64,000 bases of DNA, taken from contig NOWV01000179.1 of the NCBI GenBank assembly GCA_003344405.1, forward strand, positions 1 to 64,000, read 5' to 3'. Numbering within the stretch: the stretch's first letter is position 1; every line of letters starts with the position of its first letter. The DNA is from Trichoplax sp. H2 (taxonomy: Eukaryota). A model generated the notes under the pieces. That model was not told where the DNA came from. It made no database searches and worked only from the letters and a program-made list of their open reading frames with translations. Positions 27,631 to 42,793 of this stretch are shown here, one piece after another. A program made the position numbers and the translations under genes.

Positions 27631-27656
<26 letters not shown>
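27631..27656. repeat. (AT)13 microsatellite, followed by a degenerate GATA/GACA tract to ~27800
   Basis: Directly visible. Confidence 0.9.
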
Positions 27657-27661
<5 letters not shown>

Positions 27662-27790
27662 CATATTAAGAGAGATAGGTAAATCAGATAGACAAATTGA
27701 TCGTTAGAGACATTGGTATTGACAAATAGATTGCTAGCGAGATAGTTATATTGGTAGATAGATAGGTAGATAAGGTAAACAGATACACAG

Positions 27791-30700
27791 TTAGACAGAT
27801 AAACTCTCTTCAAATATCTTCTCCGAAGGATTTCTTGAGGAAGATAGTTTTAATCTATTCCATTTCGAGGTGCTGTCCTTAGTATTGAGCTTACGCTATG
27901 CGTATAGAATCAGGTGTTTACACAATATACGAGCATATATATATGTAAAAGATTTGATCTACTATAAAAAAGATTCGATTTTATTCAGCATATGATTTTA
28001 TTGGACCGGGTATTGAACCACGTAAAGTTATAAAGCGTTGATTAGATGTTAAATCAGCGATTTTACTTCATTGTCTAAAATGGAAAATATTGAAAAATTT
28101 TACTTTAATTTGTAGCAACAATGACAGCAAGCGAATTACTACTATAAATTATATAGTATTCAATATCTAATAGCAAATGCTATAAAATTTAAAACACCGA
28201 CATATTTAACCAGAATAAAATTGATGATGAAAAATTGGCAAATGCATAATTAAAATTGAAATTTTAAAGCTAATTTTACTTACACTTTTAGTATAGATTT
28301 CGATACAATCTTCAACGGAAACATTGTTATTGCGCGTACCACATTGGCATGATTTGTAAAAGCATGGGGTAATGCATTGTCGGCCATCTTTGCAAAGAGT
28401 TGCTTTTTGATTACTATCGCAATTAAATTGACAGTTACAGTAATCGACTTGTTGAACGGGATCTTCATCAGCAGGATCACATTCACCATATTTAACAAAT
28501 TGTAGAGACGGATTTAAACATTTTTCTTTGTAGTAATCGCACCAATTTGGAAAATTTTGATTACCAAATTGATTCTTCCCACAAATTGGATGGCTATGAC
28601 GGAAGGCATCACATTTAATATCACGGCATTTAATTGGGCATTTTCCATGACTGACAATTTTAACTGGTTTAGCATACGATGGGATACTTTGAACAACATC
28701 AAAATAGCATTGATTGGCGTAAGTTATATTATCATCGCCACATAGCATCGTTGAATTTGTTGCATTAGCAATATTACAGTCGGTATAGCGCCGACAAGTT
28801 GAATAATCAACACTTGGTGTTGGGCTTGTTGGTGGTATTGTAGTTGGATTAGTTGCTTTATTCTCACATTTGCCATTATTGCGCATTTTAATTTCAATTT
28901 GTTGGCGTTCCATTTTTATACATTGAGCTAAATCGAAATGGTAAAGGTTACGATAAGTTACACCATCAGAAGCGCATATAACATCAGATTTTGCATTCTT
29001 GAATGCTTCTGCTTTTTTCAAACATCTTTGACTAATAGTACATTGTTCAGTATCGTTTAATTCTTTCACTTTCTTATTGTGATGATTGGCGGCATAACAA
29101 CGAGCAAAACGAAGTTGGCATCGATTAAGATAGAGAACACCATCGCTACCGCAGATTGGTTCATCTTTAGTACCACAATTATTTGGACACTTTACTAAGC
29201 ACTTTCCTATATATTTAATCGATAATGCTGCTTCTTGTTTATTTTTACTATTAATTTTCTTCTTACATTGTGCAATTGTAAAATAGCATAGATTAGAATA
29301 AGTTTTTCCATCACTAGCGCAAATTGGTTGCGATTGATCACTCTTACATTTGGATTCATGGCCACATAGAAGAGTATCGTGATCACATTGACCATCATAC
29401 ATTTTGGTAATATCAATCTTTTTCAATTTTGCTTGACATACAGCTGTCTGGAATTGGCATTGATTGGAATAAGTTTGGCCGTTACTAGCACATATGGGTT
29501 GATTATCTTTCGTTGAATTTGATGATTTACAGCTTTGCTGGCAAGCTTGTTGACAAGTACCTTTACGATAAGCGATATTAATGACATAACGGGAAGTACA
29601 ATTAGCTAATCGAATAAAGCAGATATTGCTATAGGTTTGGCCGTTACTACCACAGAGTGGATTCACTTTATTGACTTTACATCGATAGAAACTCTTACAA
29701 AGAACGCTAGGTAATGGAATTTTGGTCGCTAAACCATTTGAAGGTTTAGTACTTGCTATAGTCGCTATTGGCAAATTAGTATTGATAGGCTGTGTTGCTG
29801 GCACAGTACTTGGCAATATCGTGGTTGGCATGGTGCTTGGCAATATCGTTGTTGGATTGATTAATGGCTTACAAAAACTTTTACGTACAACCTTTAATTT
29901 CGACTTTTTTAATTTACTTGCTTTACACTTTGCAATGATAAATTGGCATTGTGAGAAATACCATTTTCCATCACTAGCACAAATTTGCTTGGATTGATAA
30001 TATTCTTCCTTATTACATTTGACCGAGCAAATAGGGTCTAAGCATCGATAGTGTTTATCCAATTGCAATGCATTATTATACGTTAATAATTGGCGTCTTC
30101 TTTCATATTGATAAACACATAAATTATAATAAAGTCTACCATCGTTGCCACAAACTGGTTTTTTATCCGTTAGATCGCAGCCAGGTGCGCATCTTCCTTG
30201 ATAAGCAATTTTCATTTTTTTCTTCCATTTAGGTAAATTGCGATTATGAACACACGATGCAATTTTATAAGCACAAAAATTGACAAAAGTCTCACCTGTG
30301 GTTGCACAAATGGGTGCAAAAGTTGTATTGCTTTGACAATTATATTTAGTCTGGCAACGCTTGACTTTCGTATAGACTGGATGATGGCAAGTTTTAGTAT
30401 AATAATTAACGCGCAATTTGGTTTTTTTATCCCTTATTTCAGCTGCACATTTATCAATTTTAAAATTACATCGATTAATATACATAGTGCCATCGCTAGC
30501 ACATACTAAGGCGCCTTTAGTACCACACTTACGCCAGCAGTTTTTATACGAAGTTAATGGAGCTTCAGGACATGCAAAATGATATTTGATAGCATTGGTT
30601 ATATTCCATCCAAATCGGCAATAAATTGCGTTCATTATGCATCGATTGACATAATTGATATTTTCGCTAGAGCATACTGGTTGATAGGTATTTTCACATA

Positions 30701-33700
30701 TTGGGCATTTGGAAGGCGGCGAAAAAGGTTGGGCATCATGGAGTAGATATTGTTTTGGTTTAACTTTAGATAGTGGTTGCGTTGGTTTAGCGGCAAGAGG
30801 ATGAAATTTTTCTTGCGGAAGGATATCATTCTCCTCCTCTTCTTCCTCATCATCATCATCGTCATCATCGTCGTCGATACTCTCGTTATTAGAATTGTTT
30901 TGGTTGATATTATTACTGCTATCCTTTAATCCATCCGATTCAAGAGTGTTATCATAATTCATAGCATGGCATCGAGTTAAATAAATCTTAGGCCTATCGG
31001 GTGAATTGGATCGTGAACAATTTTCCATTCTCATAAAACATGAATTAATATAAACCCGTTGATCAGAGCCACAAACTGGATCGTAGGATACTCGACAAGA
31101 TTTTGGACACTGATAATTAATCTCATTAACTCTTTCTAATTGACTTGTATTACAACTATGCCAATGTTGAATAGTCGATAATGATAAAGTGGATGGATGT
31201 TGGCGACTACCATTCCTACAAAACCATTTTTTCAATTGGCAATAATTAGGATATTCTCGGCCATTTTGACTACAAACAGGCATAATAGTATTGATACAAT
31301 GTTGTCGACAATGGACAGCCAATGTTTTCCCGTTATGCTTTTGATCGTCTTGGTTATAATGTGTAATAAAATCAATACCAGTTAATTCAGAAACTGAACT
31401 ACATCGTCCATAGAATATCATTTCTCGATGTTGATTGCTTGATGTATGGATAGAATGATGCTGAATTAAATGGCACATGGATTTTTTAAATTGGCAAGGA
31501 TCTAGATAAAGATGGCCATGGCTTGTACATATAGGTATATCTCGTGGTTGATGACCACTACGATCACGTACTAAAGCCATTTGTGCATAACTACAATTTT
31601 GATCGCAAGGCGATGTTAATTCTGTGCCCAGACAAGGGCCATGGTGTGACTGAAATAGCCATCGACCATGTCGAGCTAATTGACAACTGAACATTTTTAA
31701 ATAGCAATTGTTAATAAATGTAACTCCATTAGAAGCGCATACCGGTCGGAATGATGTCGATGAACATTGCAATGGACATTCAACATGAATAATATGACTT
31801 AATGCATTAGAACGATTTCGGCATGTGCCCAAATAGGCTATCGTTGGGATCGATTGGCTTTGATGTTGTTGGTAATACAACTTGGCTTTTTCAAATTCAC
31901 ATCGGTTAAGATAGGTTTGAGAATTACTGCCACAGATGGGATCCCAATACAGCGGGCAAAATTGTTGCTGCTTATCATGGTAAGATCCACTTTTACCAAC
32001 CGATTGATCGCCTAAAACACCTAGATAGAATTAATGGATACCGAGTGAGTAATATCAATATTGCTCATTATGCAAGGAATACAAAATAACATCATGGAAA
32101 CATAGCAAGAGAGCATTTTTCCTGCATTGAATGAAACACTTTAAATAATAATGCTTTTCTCTTTCATCCTTAAAAGTCCATAATAGTCTGTTTTAAAAGT
32201 GCCTGTTAGTATGATTTACCGGATGTATTTTATGCATCTTGTGGAAAAAATAGATTGAGAGTACTGTTGAAATTTATTCCTTAGAATAAAAGACTATTGC
32301 AATAGGATAGCTAGAATCGGCCATTCAAAATAACAAGCCAATGTCGACAAACCTGGATAAAAGATACGATAGGAAATACGAGTAGGATAACTTAAATGGG
32401 TTACTGAAAAGGATAGCTAGTTTTCAGTAACGCGGGCGGAAATAATGGAATGACTGGAATAAGTTAGCGAGATCGATAAATCGATGTCGATAACGCCGAG
32501 GAATAGGTAGGATAGGAGGGTCTACTTTAGTTATTCTATTTTCGTAGATCCTTCTCTAGCTTTTCGCCTACGATGTCGACATCGAATCGTAGTTTTCAAG
32601 ACTTCTAACGGTACGAATTTCAGTTATCCTATTTCGTGGATCCTTTCTATCCTATTTTTTTGTCTGCACAGACGACATGGATTTGGAGTTTTAGTGATGT
32701 ATATCGGTTTTACGTTATTTCGTAGATTCTTGACAATTACAAGTAGATTTAATGTGGGCTGTGCTAGAATGTACAGGCGCTGAAATGGAAAAAAGCGGAT
32801 TCAATATTGATCTTCTAAGAGATCTGAGCATATTTGCATGGATAGAAAATTTATTCGCAAAAGAGATATCGGATAAGATGTAGCGGAGACTAGATTATAA
32901 AATACTAGCGTTGAAGTATTAAAAAAAATGGGATTCAATGCAGGATGTTTTAACAAACTGGAGCATACTTCCATGGAGAGAGAATTGATTCATAAATTGA
33001 TGTCGGATAAGAAGATACAATAAAGTCTAGATTATGGAATACTAACGTTGAAGTAGAAAAAATAAGATTCTAGGTGTGATATTTTAAGGGGCTGGCGAGG
33101 GCAGCAAAGGATAAGCTATCAAATTTATTGGCAATCTATTTTACCCCCTTATGACATTATTATTATTTAATATTTAGACTGGTTCTTCTCTCATGATACT
33201 TTGTATTATTCTACACTAGACAAAATGATTCGTTATTTCAGTGACTAGATTGGCTTCCACCTAGAATTCTAAATTTACACATGATTTGAATCAATAGCCC
33301 CTACGTTCGACTATCCAGACAGTTGGCAAATACAAAAAAAGCGGTATTGCTTTTTATTCTCTCAAATGGATTAAGGGAAAATGGAGTTAATGCTCTATAT
33401 CCTGTACTCTACTTATTCCTATTATAACTGAAATTAAGGATAGATAATACGGTTAATTATGGCTGATAGAATTTTTTGCATGGGGGCGCTATGAAAACTC
33501 GGCCGTAATGAAATTATGGGTAAACATTCCTTCTTAATTGAAAGGGTGCTCTAGTCTTTAATTGCCACTAAAAATATTCAGTGTCAGTAATGGAATATCC
33601 CTTTAGTCAAGTATAACTAATATTAGTTAATTAATTGTTAGCAAATGTTGAAAGAAAGGGGGAGAGAAACCTTATGCGTTGATATTTTATACTTCATAAA

Positions 33701-35552
33701 ATGTTTTTGTCTACGCTAATCTAGGCACAATGTACGCGTAGAACAACACCCAATTTTATACGATAAAGGAGTTCAAAAATGAAATAAATAAAAAAATTTT
33801 TTCTCTCTATGTGGATCCTTTCGCTACTTTACGTTTATTAATTAATGTGATGAAGTAAGATTAATGAAAACAGATATTTTTCTTTCTATTGAAACTTTTA
33901 GTCGTTTAATACTCGAAGAAGAGGAGTTGAAATGGTGTAAATTATAAAGTAAACCTAAATTCTTTCCTAAAGCAGTATTATATAATTTGAATCTCTTCCT
34001 AGGATTTTTTCTGTACTCTAATCTTTCACTTCGTCGTATTATATTGATTAATTAATATGATAGGGTAAATACCGAATAAAAACAGAGTGATACTTTTTCT
34101 TTCTTTCTAAACTCTTAGTCGTCTACTATGTCATTGTTAACAGAAGAAGGGGAATTGAAATGATGAAGAGGATAGCATCTGCTCTATCATCAAAAGATTT
34201 ACTACACCCAATAACCTTTAATAAAATTCAATAATTTCATTTTAGAAACAGTCTTGAAATGATTTGAAACGATGCCTGCTTATCTCACAAGCTGTAGACG
34301 CTTGTTATGGCTAGCCATCTCAGCAAGCTAGAAAAAGATTGTCAATAGGAATTTTACTTTTTCAAAATCTTGCTACCGTCAATTTCTACTTTAGAACAGA
34401 ATAGATTTAGACAATATTCATTTTAGTAGCCATGATGAAACACCGGTTTACAAATATTTTTTTCAAAAATAACTTTATAAACTAAAGTTGAATTTGTCAT
34501 CTATTTTTTTTCCTTTCAGCGCTGCAAGCTGAAGTATCATTGTCATCATCAGCATTATTTTCCATATAAATGTATCTTGATAAATGGCTTGAAAGTAGCT
34601 AGAATAAACACTATTGGACAAATTTAATTAAGAAATTAAATATTATTATTCGAAAAGAAATTCAAATAGGGTGATGAGATTCGAAGTCATGTTGGCTGCA
34701 ATTGAAAATGGATCATCAAAATCAAGCGTTTGATAAAGCAAGGAAAATACTTTGTCTTGGTCGCCATCATGATTTTTACACCTAGTTTGGACATTTTGAT
34801 TGATTTCACTTTTTTATCAAGCCCTCCACACGAAATTACTCTTAGTGGTATATTTAATTTTCAATCAAGTAGATAGTAAACAGAAAACCACATTAATTCA
34901 CTTTAGCTATCAGCATATGAATACAGACAGTGATCCCCGCTGATAGTGTTATTGAAAATAAAAGCATAGAATATTTTTATTTGTTGATGTTTGATATTCT
35001 ATAACTATAGGATTCAATTTTGGCGGAATTACTTGATAACAATTGCTAATATTGAAATGACTGTAGAAAGTAGATTAAAGTCGATTGAGTAAATGTAGAT
35101 TAGAGCACAATATTTTATCGTGGAATCCAAGGATGCTGTGAATTTTTTACCCTCTTTATCATTCTCGGCAAAAAAGGATAAGTCAATAGATTACCGAAAC
35201 TGAGCTATACATTGGTGAACAACGGTGATCAAATGGATTGAAGGATTAGTATTATTTAGACTTGTCTAATCTGAGCGGAAAAAATTATCTATCTAATAAG
35301 GGATAATAAAATGAAGAAAAATCGTATAAGGGACTTAATAGGTATCAAAAAATAACTATGTTCTGATAGAGAGCAAGGTAAATGCAATGGATTGATATTG
35401 AGCTAGAAAAAAACGATCTTATTTTGCCTAAATAACTTGTTGCTTGTGAATGAAAGTGATAGAAATGATAAACATGATCATTTTATCCATATGAATTAAT
35501 TTTTTTTACCTAATGGGTAGGCCACCACTAAGAAAATAACCCATCCAATCAT
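27791..35552 (-). CDS. Secreted multi-Kazal-domain protein (~18 Kazal/follistatin-like domains, ~1300 aa)
   Basis: A signal-peptide exon 35552-35510 (MIGWVIFLVVAYPL, phase 1) splices in frame to a 3.7 kb exon starting at 32020 (GVLG-DQSV...) with repeated P[VI]C[AG]S[DN]GxTYxNxC motifs. GTAAGT donor at 28283 and a candidate last exon 27895-27791; alternatively the frame reads to the stop at 28206. Confidence 0.85.
32340..34170. repeat. Degenerate inverted and tandem repeats inside the Kazal gene intron
   Basis: 11-bp stem GTTACTGAAAA/TTTTCAGTAAC at ~32400-32431; a TAGGATAACT-type motif in both orientations within 32370-32730; a diverged ~130 bp tandem unit at 32760-33090; a diverged ~210 bp duplication at 33790-34170. 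Confidence 0.5.
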
Positions 35553-38095
35553 GATGTTGAACTGAATACGTTGCAGTTGTTGTTGATAGGGCGATTATAA
35601 TTTAATTTTTCCACAGAGTTGATCGCTAGCAATCTTGACGTTGATTCGACAAATACTACAAGGAAATTGAATATAAGTTGTAGCGGTTATATTTTATTTT
35701 AATGGTTCTTCTTATTATCCTTCTACTTGACGGAGTAATCGATCTTGGACGATAGCCAACTAATCAAGATTTCAATTCTATCAGGAATGGCATCAATGAG
35801 GTACGTCAAATCATGGAGAGATTAAGAAAGTAACTGAATGATACGAGTTCCATTGGGCTCCTTAAAAATTAAAGGGGGGTTGGGTAGACAACTTGAGCAG
35901 ATGTTGATGTTCACATAAATAAATTTAGAATATGCAATTGCCTTCATTGATTCTTTTGACTAGTATTGTCTTAACGGCTTTCTATTTTCTTGACAACTCG
36001 CATACTTATGGCTAAGCTAAGCATTGGTGTCAATTCGTTTGGTAACGCCTTGAGAAGATCAATTTGACTTCAAGCTACCTTTAAGCAGCACTAATGAGAC
36101 ATAAAAAAAGGGCAATTTTATTTTTTTTTTCTCCTCACTTTGGACAATTTTATTTTTTTCTATTAATATTAATAGAAGAGAATGAATACAATTTCATGCA
36201 TAACCGTTGAATGTAAGAAGAGAGAAGAACAAAAAATAATGAGACGATGATTATCGTTGCTACTATCAATGCATTAGTATAACAAAACCAAAATATTATA
36301 AAAGTTGTAGTCTGTAGAAAAGCTAGTATAGTCAATGAAATGGAGACATTTTGACAAGTTACTAACTGGATTACAATGAATTTTTTTCAAGCGTGGAATG
36401 TTTCTAATAAAAGCTGTCTTGTTATTTACCTTTATTTGATTCTTATTGTCTTCAACGAATAGACTTCCATCGACACGCTTCTATACAACATGATAATTGT
36501 ATGGCATTATTTTCAATCCATTGCTCCTGTTGTCCATTCAATGGATAGTCTACTACAAATAAGAGAGGAAATGACTATTTTGCAACTGGTTGAAAATAGA
36601 AGTCAGAGGGAAAAATGAGATCGAAGAGAGGAGAGGAAAAAAGAATTCAAATCGACCGATCATATCATTATCTCTTAGCGTGATAATAGTTGGATATATC
36701 ATCATCATCATCATTGAGGAGATAGTTATTGAATTTCTCATCATCTAAATTCGATCATGTCGTTGATATTTGACATCACTCCAATTGGATGATGATCGTC
36801 CTTTGCAATTGGTATGATTGCAAGTAATAAACGATGTCGATAGAGCTTCGCCATCATGAAATAATTCTTTTTTCTATTATCATTATTATGATTAATAATA
36901 TCTAGTTATTATATCGCAAGGGGTTGAAAATTGCGCGGCTAAATGGATTCGTTACTTTGCGGAAAATAAACCGGTGTCTTCTTTCCTGATGGAGTATCAA
37001 TTTTCATTGTAGACGACGTATGGAGATTGATTGTTCCATTTCTCATTAGCAACATTGCTCTATTCTTCATTCTGCTAAATAATTGTATACAATATTTGGA
37101 CAGTTGTATTGATGATAGATAACATTGGGGGAGGGAAGGAAAGAAAGAATATATACGGGAAAAAAAACCTCAAGGCGCTAAAAGATTATCATGACAAATA
37201 GTTGACTTTTTTTTTAGCTTGAGGTTAATAGTTGACTAGGGATAACATTCAATTAAGTAATAGCGGGTAATAACGTTGAAAGTATTCATAGTCATGCTAA
37301 TGCCCAAGGTAAAAGAATTTATTGTAAGTGAATTGTTCTCTATGGACTGACGTAGATCAATAAAGTATTCTTCCATATCAATGGCTAAATTGCTCCTATT
37401 ACGCAAATAAAACACAGGTAAGTAAAGTATGCCAACAATCAATCAACAGTAGGACAAAGATAGATAGACTAAAGCGGCTGTAGCTAACGTATCGGATCGA
37501 TATTGCAGACAAATATTTTGAATTAGTATTATCCTTCATCATTAGCTAATAATCCCATCAACAAATTATTTTCTCTTCTTCTTGACTAAAGTTATTTCTA
37601 CATTAGATAAAATACAATTTTATTTCTAGATATTAAAATTGGCATGCCAAATAGGCAAAAAAGGATTACTATTTGTAGCGATGGATCGCTCGGCAAGCTG
37701 CAATCGTGACATCTTATTCCCACTATCCCCTCCTACCCAGTGAGATTACATTTTTCTCAAGTAAATTTTCCACCAGGGTCATCTTTGCAAAAGAGGGAGT
37801 TAACATATATTGTACATGCTTAAAATAGTTGTATAGTCTTGTAGGATAACTAACAATTCCATTAAGATATGGAATCTATTTCCAGTATTATCATGATAAA
37901 AAATTCTATTCTCACATTTTTCATCCGTCATGGTACATTTTTCTCAGGTAATTTTTGATCACTCATCACTGACAAAGACGACGGTAACTAATTGAGTTGT
38001 TAGAAATACCTAAAATACCAATTTATAGCTATAATTTGTTCTTAATTTAGAAGTAGAATAATTTAAGTCAACTATGTATACTTTTATCCGCTGCA

Positions 38096-38600
38096 TTTTT
38101 CTCAAGCAAGTAATACCTTTATGATATTGATGAAACAGCTGATTTATACAGACTGGTATGATAAGATAGATTAAGATCGATTTTTCTTAAGCAATTACTA
38201 CCGTCATAATATGAGTGAAGCAGCTGATTAATACAGACTAGCATGATAAAATAGATTAAGATCGATTTTTCTCAAGCAATTACTACTGTCATAATATTGA
38301 TAAAACAGCTAATTTATACGGACTGGTATGATAAGATAGAGTAAGATCCATTTTTCTCAAGCAATTACTACTGTCATAATATTGATAAAACAGCTAATTT
38401 ATACGGACTGGTATGATAAGATAGAGTAAGATCCATTTTTCTTAAGCAAGTACTACCGTCACAATATTAATGAAACAGCTGATTTATACAGACTGGTATG
38501 ATAAGATAGATTGAGACAAGTTTTTCTCAAGCAAGTACCACCGTCATAATAATGAAACAGCTAATTTACACAGACTGGTATGATAAAATAGATTGAGATA
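38096..38600. repeat. Tandem repeat, 85-bp unit x6
   Basis: Units beginning TTTTTCT[CT]AAGCAA at 38096, 38181, 38266, 38351, 38436 and 38521, each containing CAGCT[GA]ATT and GATAA[GA]ATAGA. Confidence 0.95.
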
Positions 38601-41600
38601 AATGTAGACAATTGCAGACCTCTCGAGAATGGATTCTTTATCAATATTCATCTACTCATGATGAATATAGTGAGCGGTATAGGCTTTATAATCGTCATCA
38701 AGTTATTAACGTTAAATTATTATGCGCAGAATTATATCCGAAAAATTGAATCACTTGAATGTCGTAATTATCTTTATTATCGCATTATTGAAACGAAATT
38801 TCTGTCTACTATGTCATATGAACAACTTTCTTTTTAACAGTAGCGCTTAAAAATTATGCATTAGCTACATTATCGTGGATATTATCGTTAACAGAGGCCT
38901 ATTTTGGCTAAAGTCAATATTTTATGCCATCATTATGTGTAAGGAATAGTCAAAAAGGTGTAAATGATATAATTAATTATATACATCAGACTTTCAGTAA
39001 TTTGGATATTTCGGAGAATCACTTATTTATGGAAATATGTTTACTTAGTTATACTTTAATGGGATCAAGAGATAAAAAATTTCTATAGTATGTTGACGTG
39101 CTTACTTAAATTCTATTCTTACATTGTTTATAATTTTTGAACTTTGCGCAAATGAAATTTTTTCACAATGATGCGTTGTAGTCTGTGGTATCTATCATAT
39201 GTTATGACTATATCATAGTTGTCCAGCTGAAATTTAAAAAAGATTAATGACTACTGGCAAAAGAATTCCACTCTTAATTCAATAAATGGATTTATTAGCT
39301 AATTTACTCAAATTTATACGCTGCTAATAGGTTTTGTAGTCTTAGGCCTCTAATATATTTCTGCCTCATTGCATAGTTCACAGGTAATTTTCTATTTATA
39401 CTTGATGCTAATACTTATGTAATTAAATTACTCCCTGGATAGTATAAAGCCGATACCCTAAGAAAAAATGGAGTATTGACTATCACAATATCTATTCTAT
39501 AGACATGTATATGTCGTTTGCCCAATATCAGCCATTTTGCAAAATGACCGATTATAATTATCTATACGGTAAACGACATATAAATATATCTATCTTTCTA
39601 TTGTTTATGCGAAAAGAATAGAAGGAGAATCTCTCACTGGTGATGGCTAGAATTTCTCGAGATATTTCTCTTATACTGTATTTCTTATAAATTAAATAAG
39701 TAATTATTTCCATCTGGTAACTTCAAAATACAATGCAAAGCTATGATATTCTCGTGTTTTAAGTTGAAAATTGCGTTTATAAAATAAAATAAAGTATTCA
39801 ATACAGTATTCCATAGTCAATATTTCATTAAAATAGATATTTTGATCAATTGATAATCTATGTGATAAAACTAAATAAAAAATTTGTAATACACTATGAC
39901 GTATATGATTTAGCTGATTTATTATTGACAGCATTACAGCAGGTTAGTTCTACTCCATTTTAAATTTAAAAATTATTGGTCATTAGATTGTAGCAGTTCA
40001 TACTCTATATTAAGTGATAGGAGAGAAAGTGTATGACTTCCATATTAGTACCTGAACTGTTACTTTCATTTCCTTCTTTACGGTATATCTAATACCAGGA
40101 TTTTAGTAACTGTTACTGATCCTATATCCTTACTGCCAGATTGATAAAAATTTCTTGATCAATACAATTTTAAAAGCCTAGCCTCGATGAGTTTCTTTTC
40201 GGCTTTTTATATTATTTTATTTACTGCTCAGAAGTCTTTACTAAGTAAGGCTGATTTACTATCTTGTGAGGATATGAAATAATCCTTTCATTTAATTTTC
40301 TGAATTGGCTAACTTATAAATGAAGTGAGATAACAATTTATCTGTATGCGATTATATATGGAAAGGCAATGATTTTGCAGTTACAACTTTTACTTTACGT
40401 TTTTACAACTAAGTAATTCATAGTACGTATTACTCAGTTCTTTTGGGGATGGAGTATTTCAAAACATGCTTAAATTACAGCTGGAATTTTTAGAAGTAAA
40501 AGTAACGAGTTAAATTGCACTGTATTCCAACGTTGTGAGTTTAATTTTATAAAGTGTCAAAGGTACTCAATCTTTTCTTGGTTGTTGTTACTGTTATCCA
40601 TTGATAAAATTTTAACGTATCTTATTTTAAAAATTAATCTTCATGTCAATTTACATGATTAAATTATAAACGGAGTCTGACTTGACTGCTTCAGCTCAAC
40701 GAGTAATTATAAATTCTGAAACTATCACTACAACTTAAAAATAATGTACTGGAAGTTTTCTCATTGCTGTTAAATGTCATCGATAGAAAAAATTTTTAAA
40801 TTGGTTCATATTCCATTTTTGAAATGATAGGTTGACGTGTTCAAATTAGAAGTTATTAATTTATTGTTGATAGAAAGTTATCTGCTTTAATCATTTTATT
40901 CTTAAAGTTTTCTTAAGGGTAAGGAATTAAAATTTTTTCTTTCTTGCAGCATTTTTATGATTGCTTTTGACCTCTCTGCATTGTAGTGAATTAAATTACC
41001 ATGAAGTATAAAAGAATTTTTAGTCACTATTATTCGGTATCCAATTAAGAACTTGCTACGAATATTGTTAGTTATGTTTTGATCTTGAGTAGAGTGTAAT
41101 ATCAATAGTTATATAACAATTCATTAACGGTAGCTCACTTTCTATAAGTTTATAAAGTTGAAGTTAGATTAAAGGGGAAAGATTTAACTTTCCTGATTAC
41201 TTTGTAATAATCATTTATATTTGTTAGTGTTTATGCTTTGAGTTAATCTGAGTAGTAGGAATCTTTTTAAAAATATTATTAATGTAGCTATACAATTTAT
41301 AAATATTTAGTTATTAATTTATTGATTGCATTAGCTACTCTAAATAGTGGTGAGTGAATATATATTATTAAGAATCCTTAGGACTATATTGACTAAAATA
41401 CTTACAACTATAATATTTTAATTTCCAGAATGATGGCATTTGATTACGCAATAAAGCTTGTCTAAAGTAAATACTGCAAAATAATACATTACAGTAGAAT
41501 TGGCATAATTTAAATGGACTGTGATATCATCAGAACTTAAACTTTTGGATGGGAGTCCGATCTGTTGCTAGAAGCAATTTCAGTATATGTGTATTGAACA

Positions 41601-41930
41601 GACTAAATACAGCAAATTTAATGTATGAGTATTGCAAGTAAAAGATTTAATCACACGGTCGATCCTAATTAACTATTATGCTTTTAATATCAGTATATAG
41701 TAGAAACTGCAGAATTGCTAAATTAAATTATATTGGCTAACAAAATGAAAGATTAGAAACAATTTTTAACTTAATTAATATGTGAGATTATTGTATACCA
41801 GCTATATTCTATGCTACTTAAGCAATCTATTAGGTGTAATTCAAAGTATCTGTAGTGACTTTCTCTTAAGATAGGTACTCTCTACCTTCGATAATCTAAT
41901 CATTTTCTACCATACTGAAATTGATATTAC

Positions 41931-42793
41931 TGTCACAAAACAGCTTTGCAACAAGATAACGCAATATACGATCAATAAGTCAATTCCTTGAACCACGTAT
42001 CAAGGAACGATATCTGCACTATCAGAAACACTTTNNNNNNNNNNNNNNNNNNNNAGAATTGCTAAATTAAATTATATTGGCTAACAAAATGAAAGATTAG
42101 AAACAATTTTTAACTTAATTAATATGTGAGATTATTGTATACCAGCTATATTCTATGCTACTTAAGCAATCTATTAGGTGTGATTCAAAGTATCTGTAGT
42201 GACTTTCTCTTAAGATCGGTACTCTCTACCTTCGATAATCTAATCATTTTCTACCATACTGGAATTGATATTACATTATGAGTCTCTCGGTTATAGAGAA
42301 TGCGAACAATCTGAAGTAGAAAGTCGATTATCTCAATTTTTGATCAATCATAATTTATTATTAATGATCTATTGATTACAAGGCCAATTTCTGGGAAGAC
42401 AGGAAATTTTTAGATAATCGGTCTAAATTTTAATGATNNNNNNNNNNNNNNNNNNNNCTTAATGCAGACAACAGTATTTACGAACATAGACATATAATGA
42501 CTAATACAGAATAGTCAGATTACGATATGTCCTATCACGGAACATTTCCATGATAATTTACAGTCTACTATAAGTAAATTACAATCACAATGATTCGAAC
42601 TGTAAGCAGATGATTTGCATTCTCTATTATAACTATTAATTTCAGTATGTGTATAAGTGTCACTGTCATAAAAAGTCAGTGCTATATTAAAATACAGTAT
42701 ATCCAAATTAGAGGTTAACTAAATAAGGATAGTCTAATAGAATTATCCTAACATTGATATTTCTACTGTAATACAGTATATAACACTGTAACA
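41931..42793. mobile_element. LTR-like insertion present in one haplotype; the mini-contig 42055-42437 between two N gaps is the empty site
   Basis: 42055-42274 repeats 41711-41930 and 42275-42437 repeats 42800-42962. The extra sequence starts TGTCACA (41931) and ends TGTAACA (42793). Its start resembles the LTR end at 20973 (TGTCACAA...TTTGCAACAA). Confidence 0.55.

Noticed and set aside
28280-31385. Several short alternative-frame and antisense ORFs within the Kazal exon
   Set aside because: Shadow ORFs of a long coding exon.
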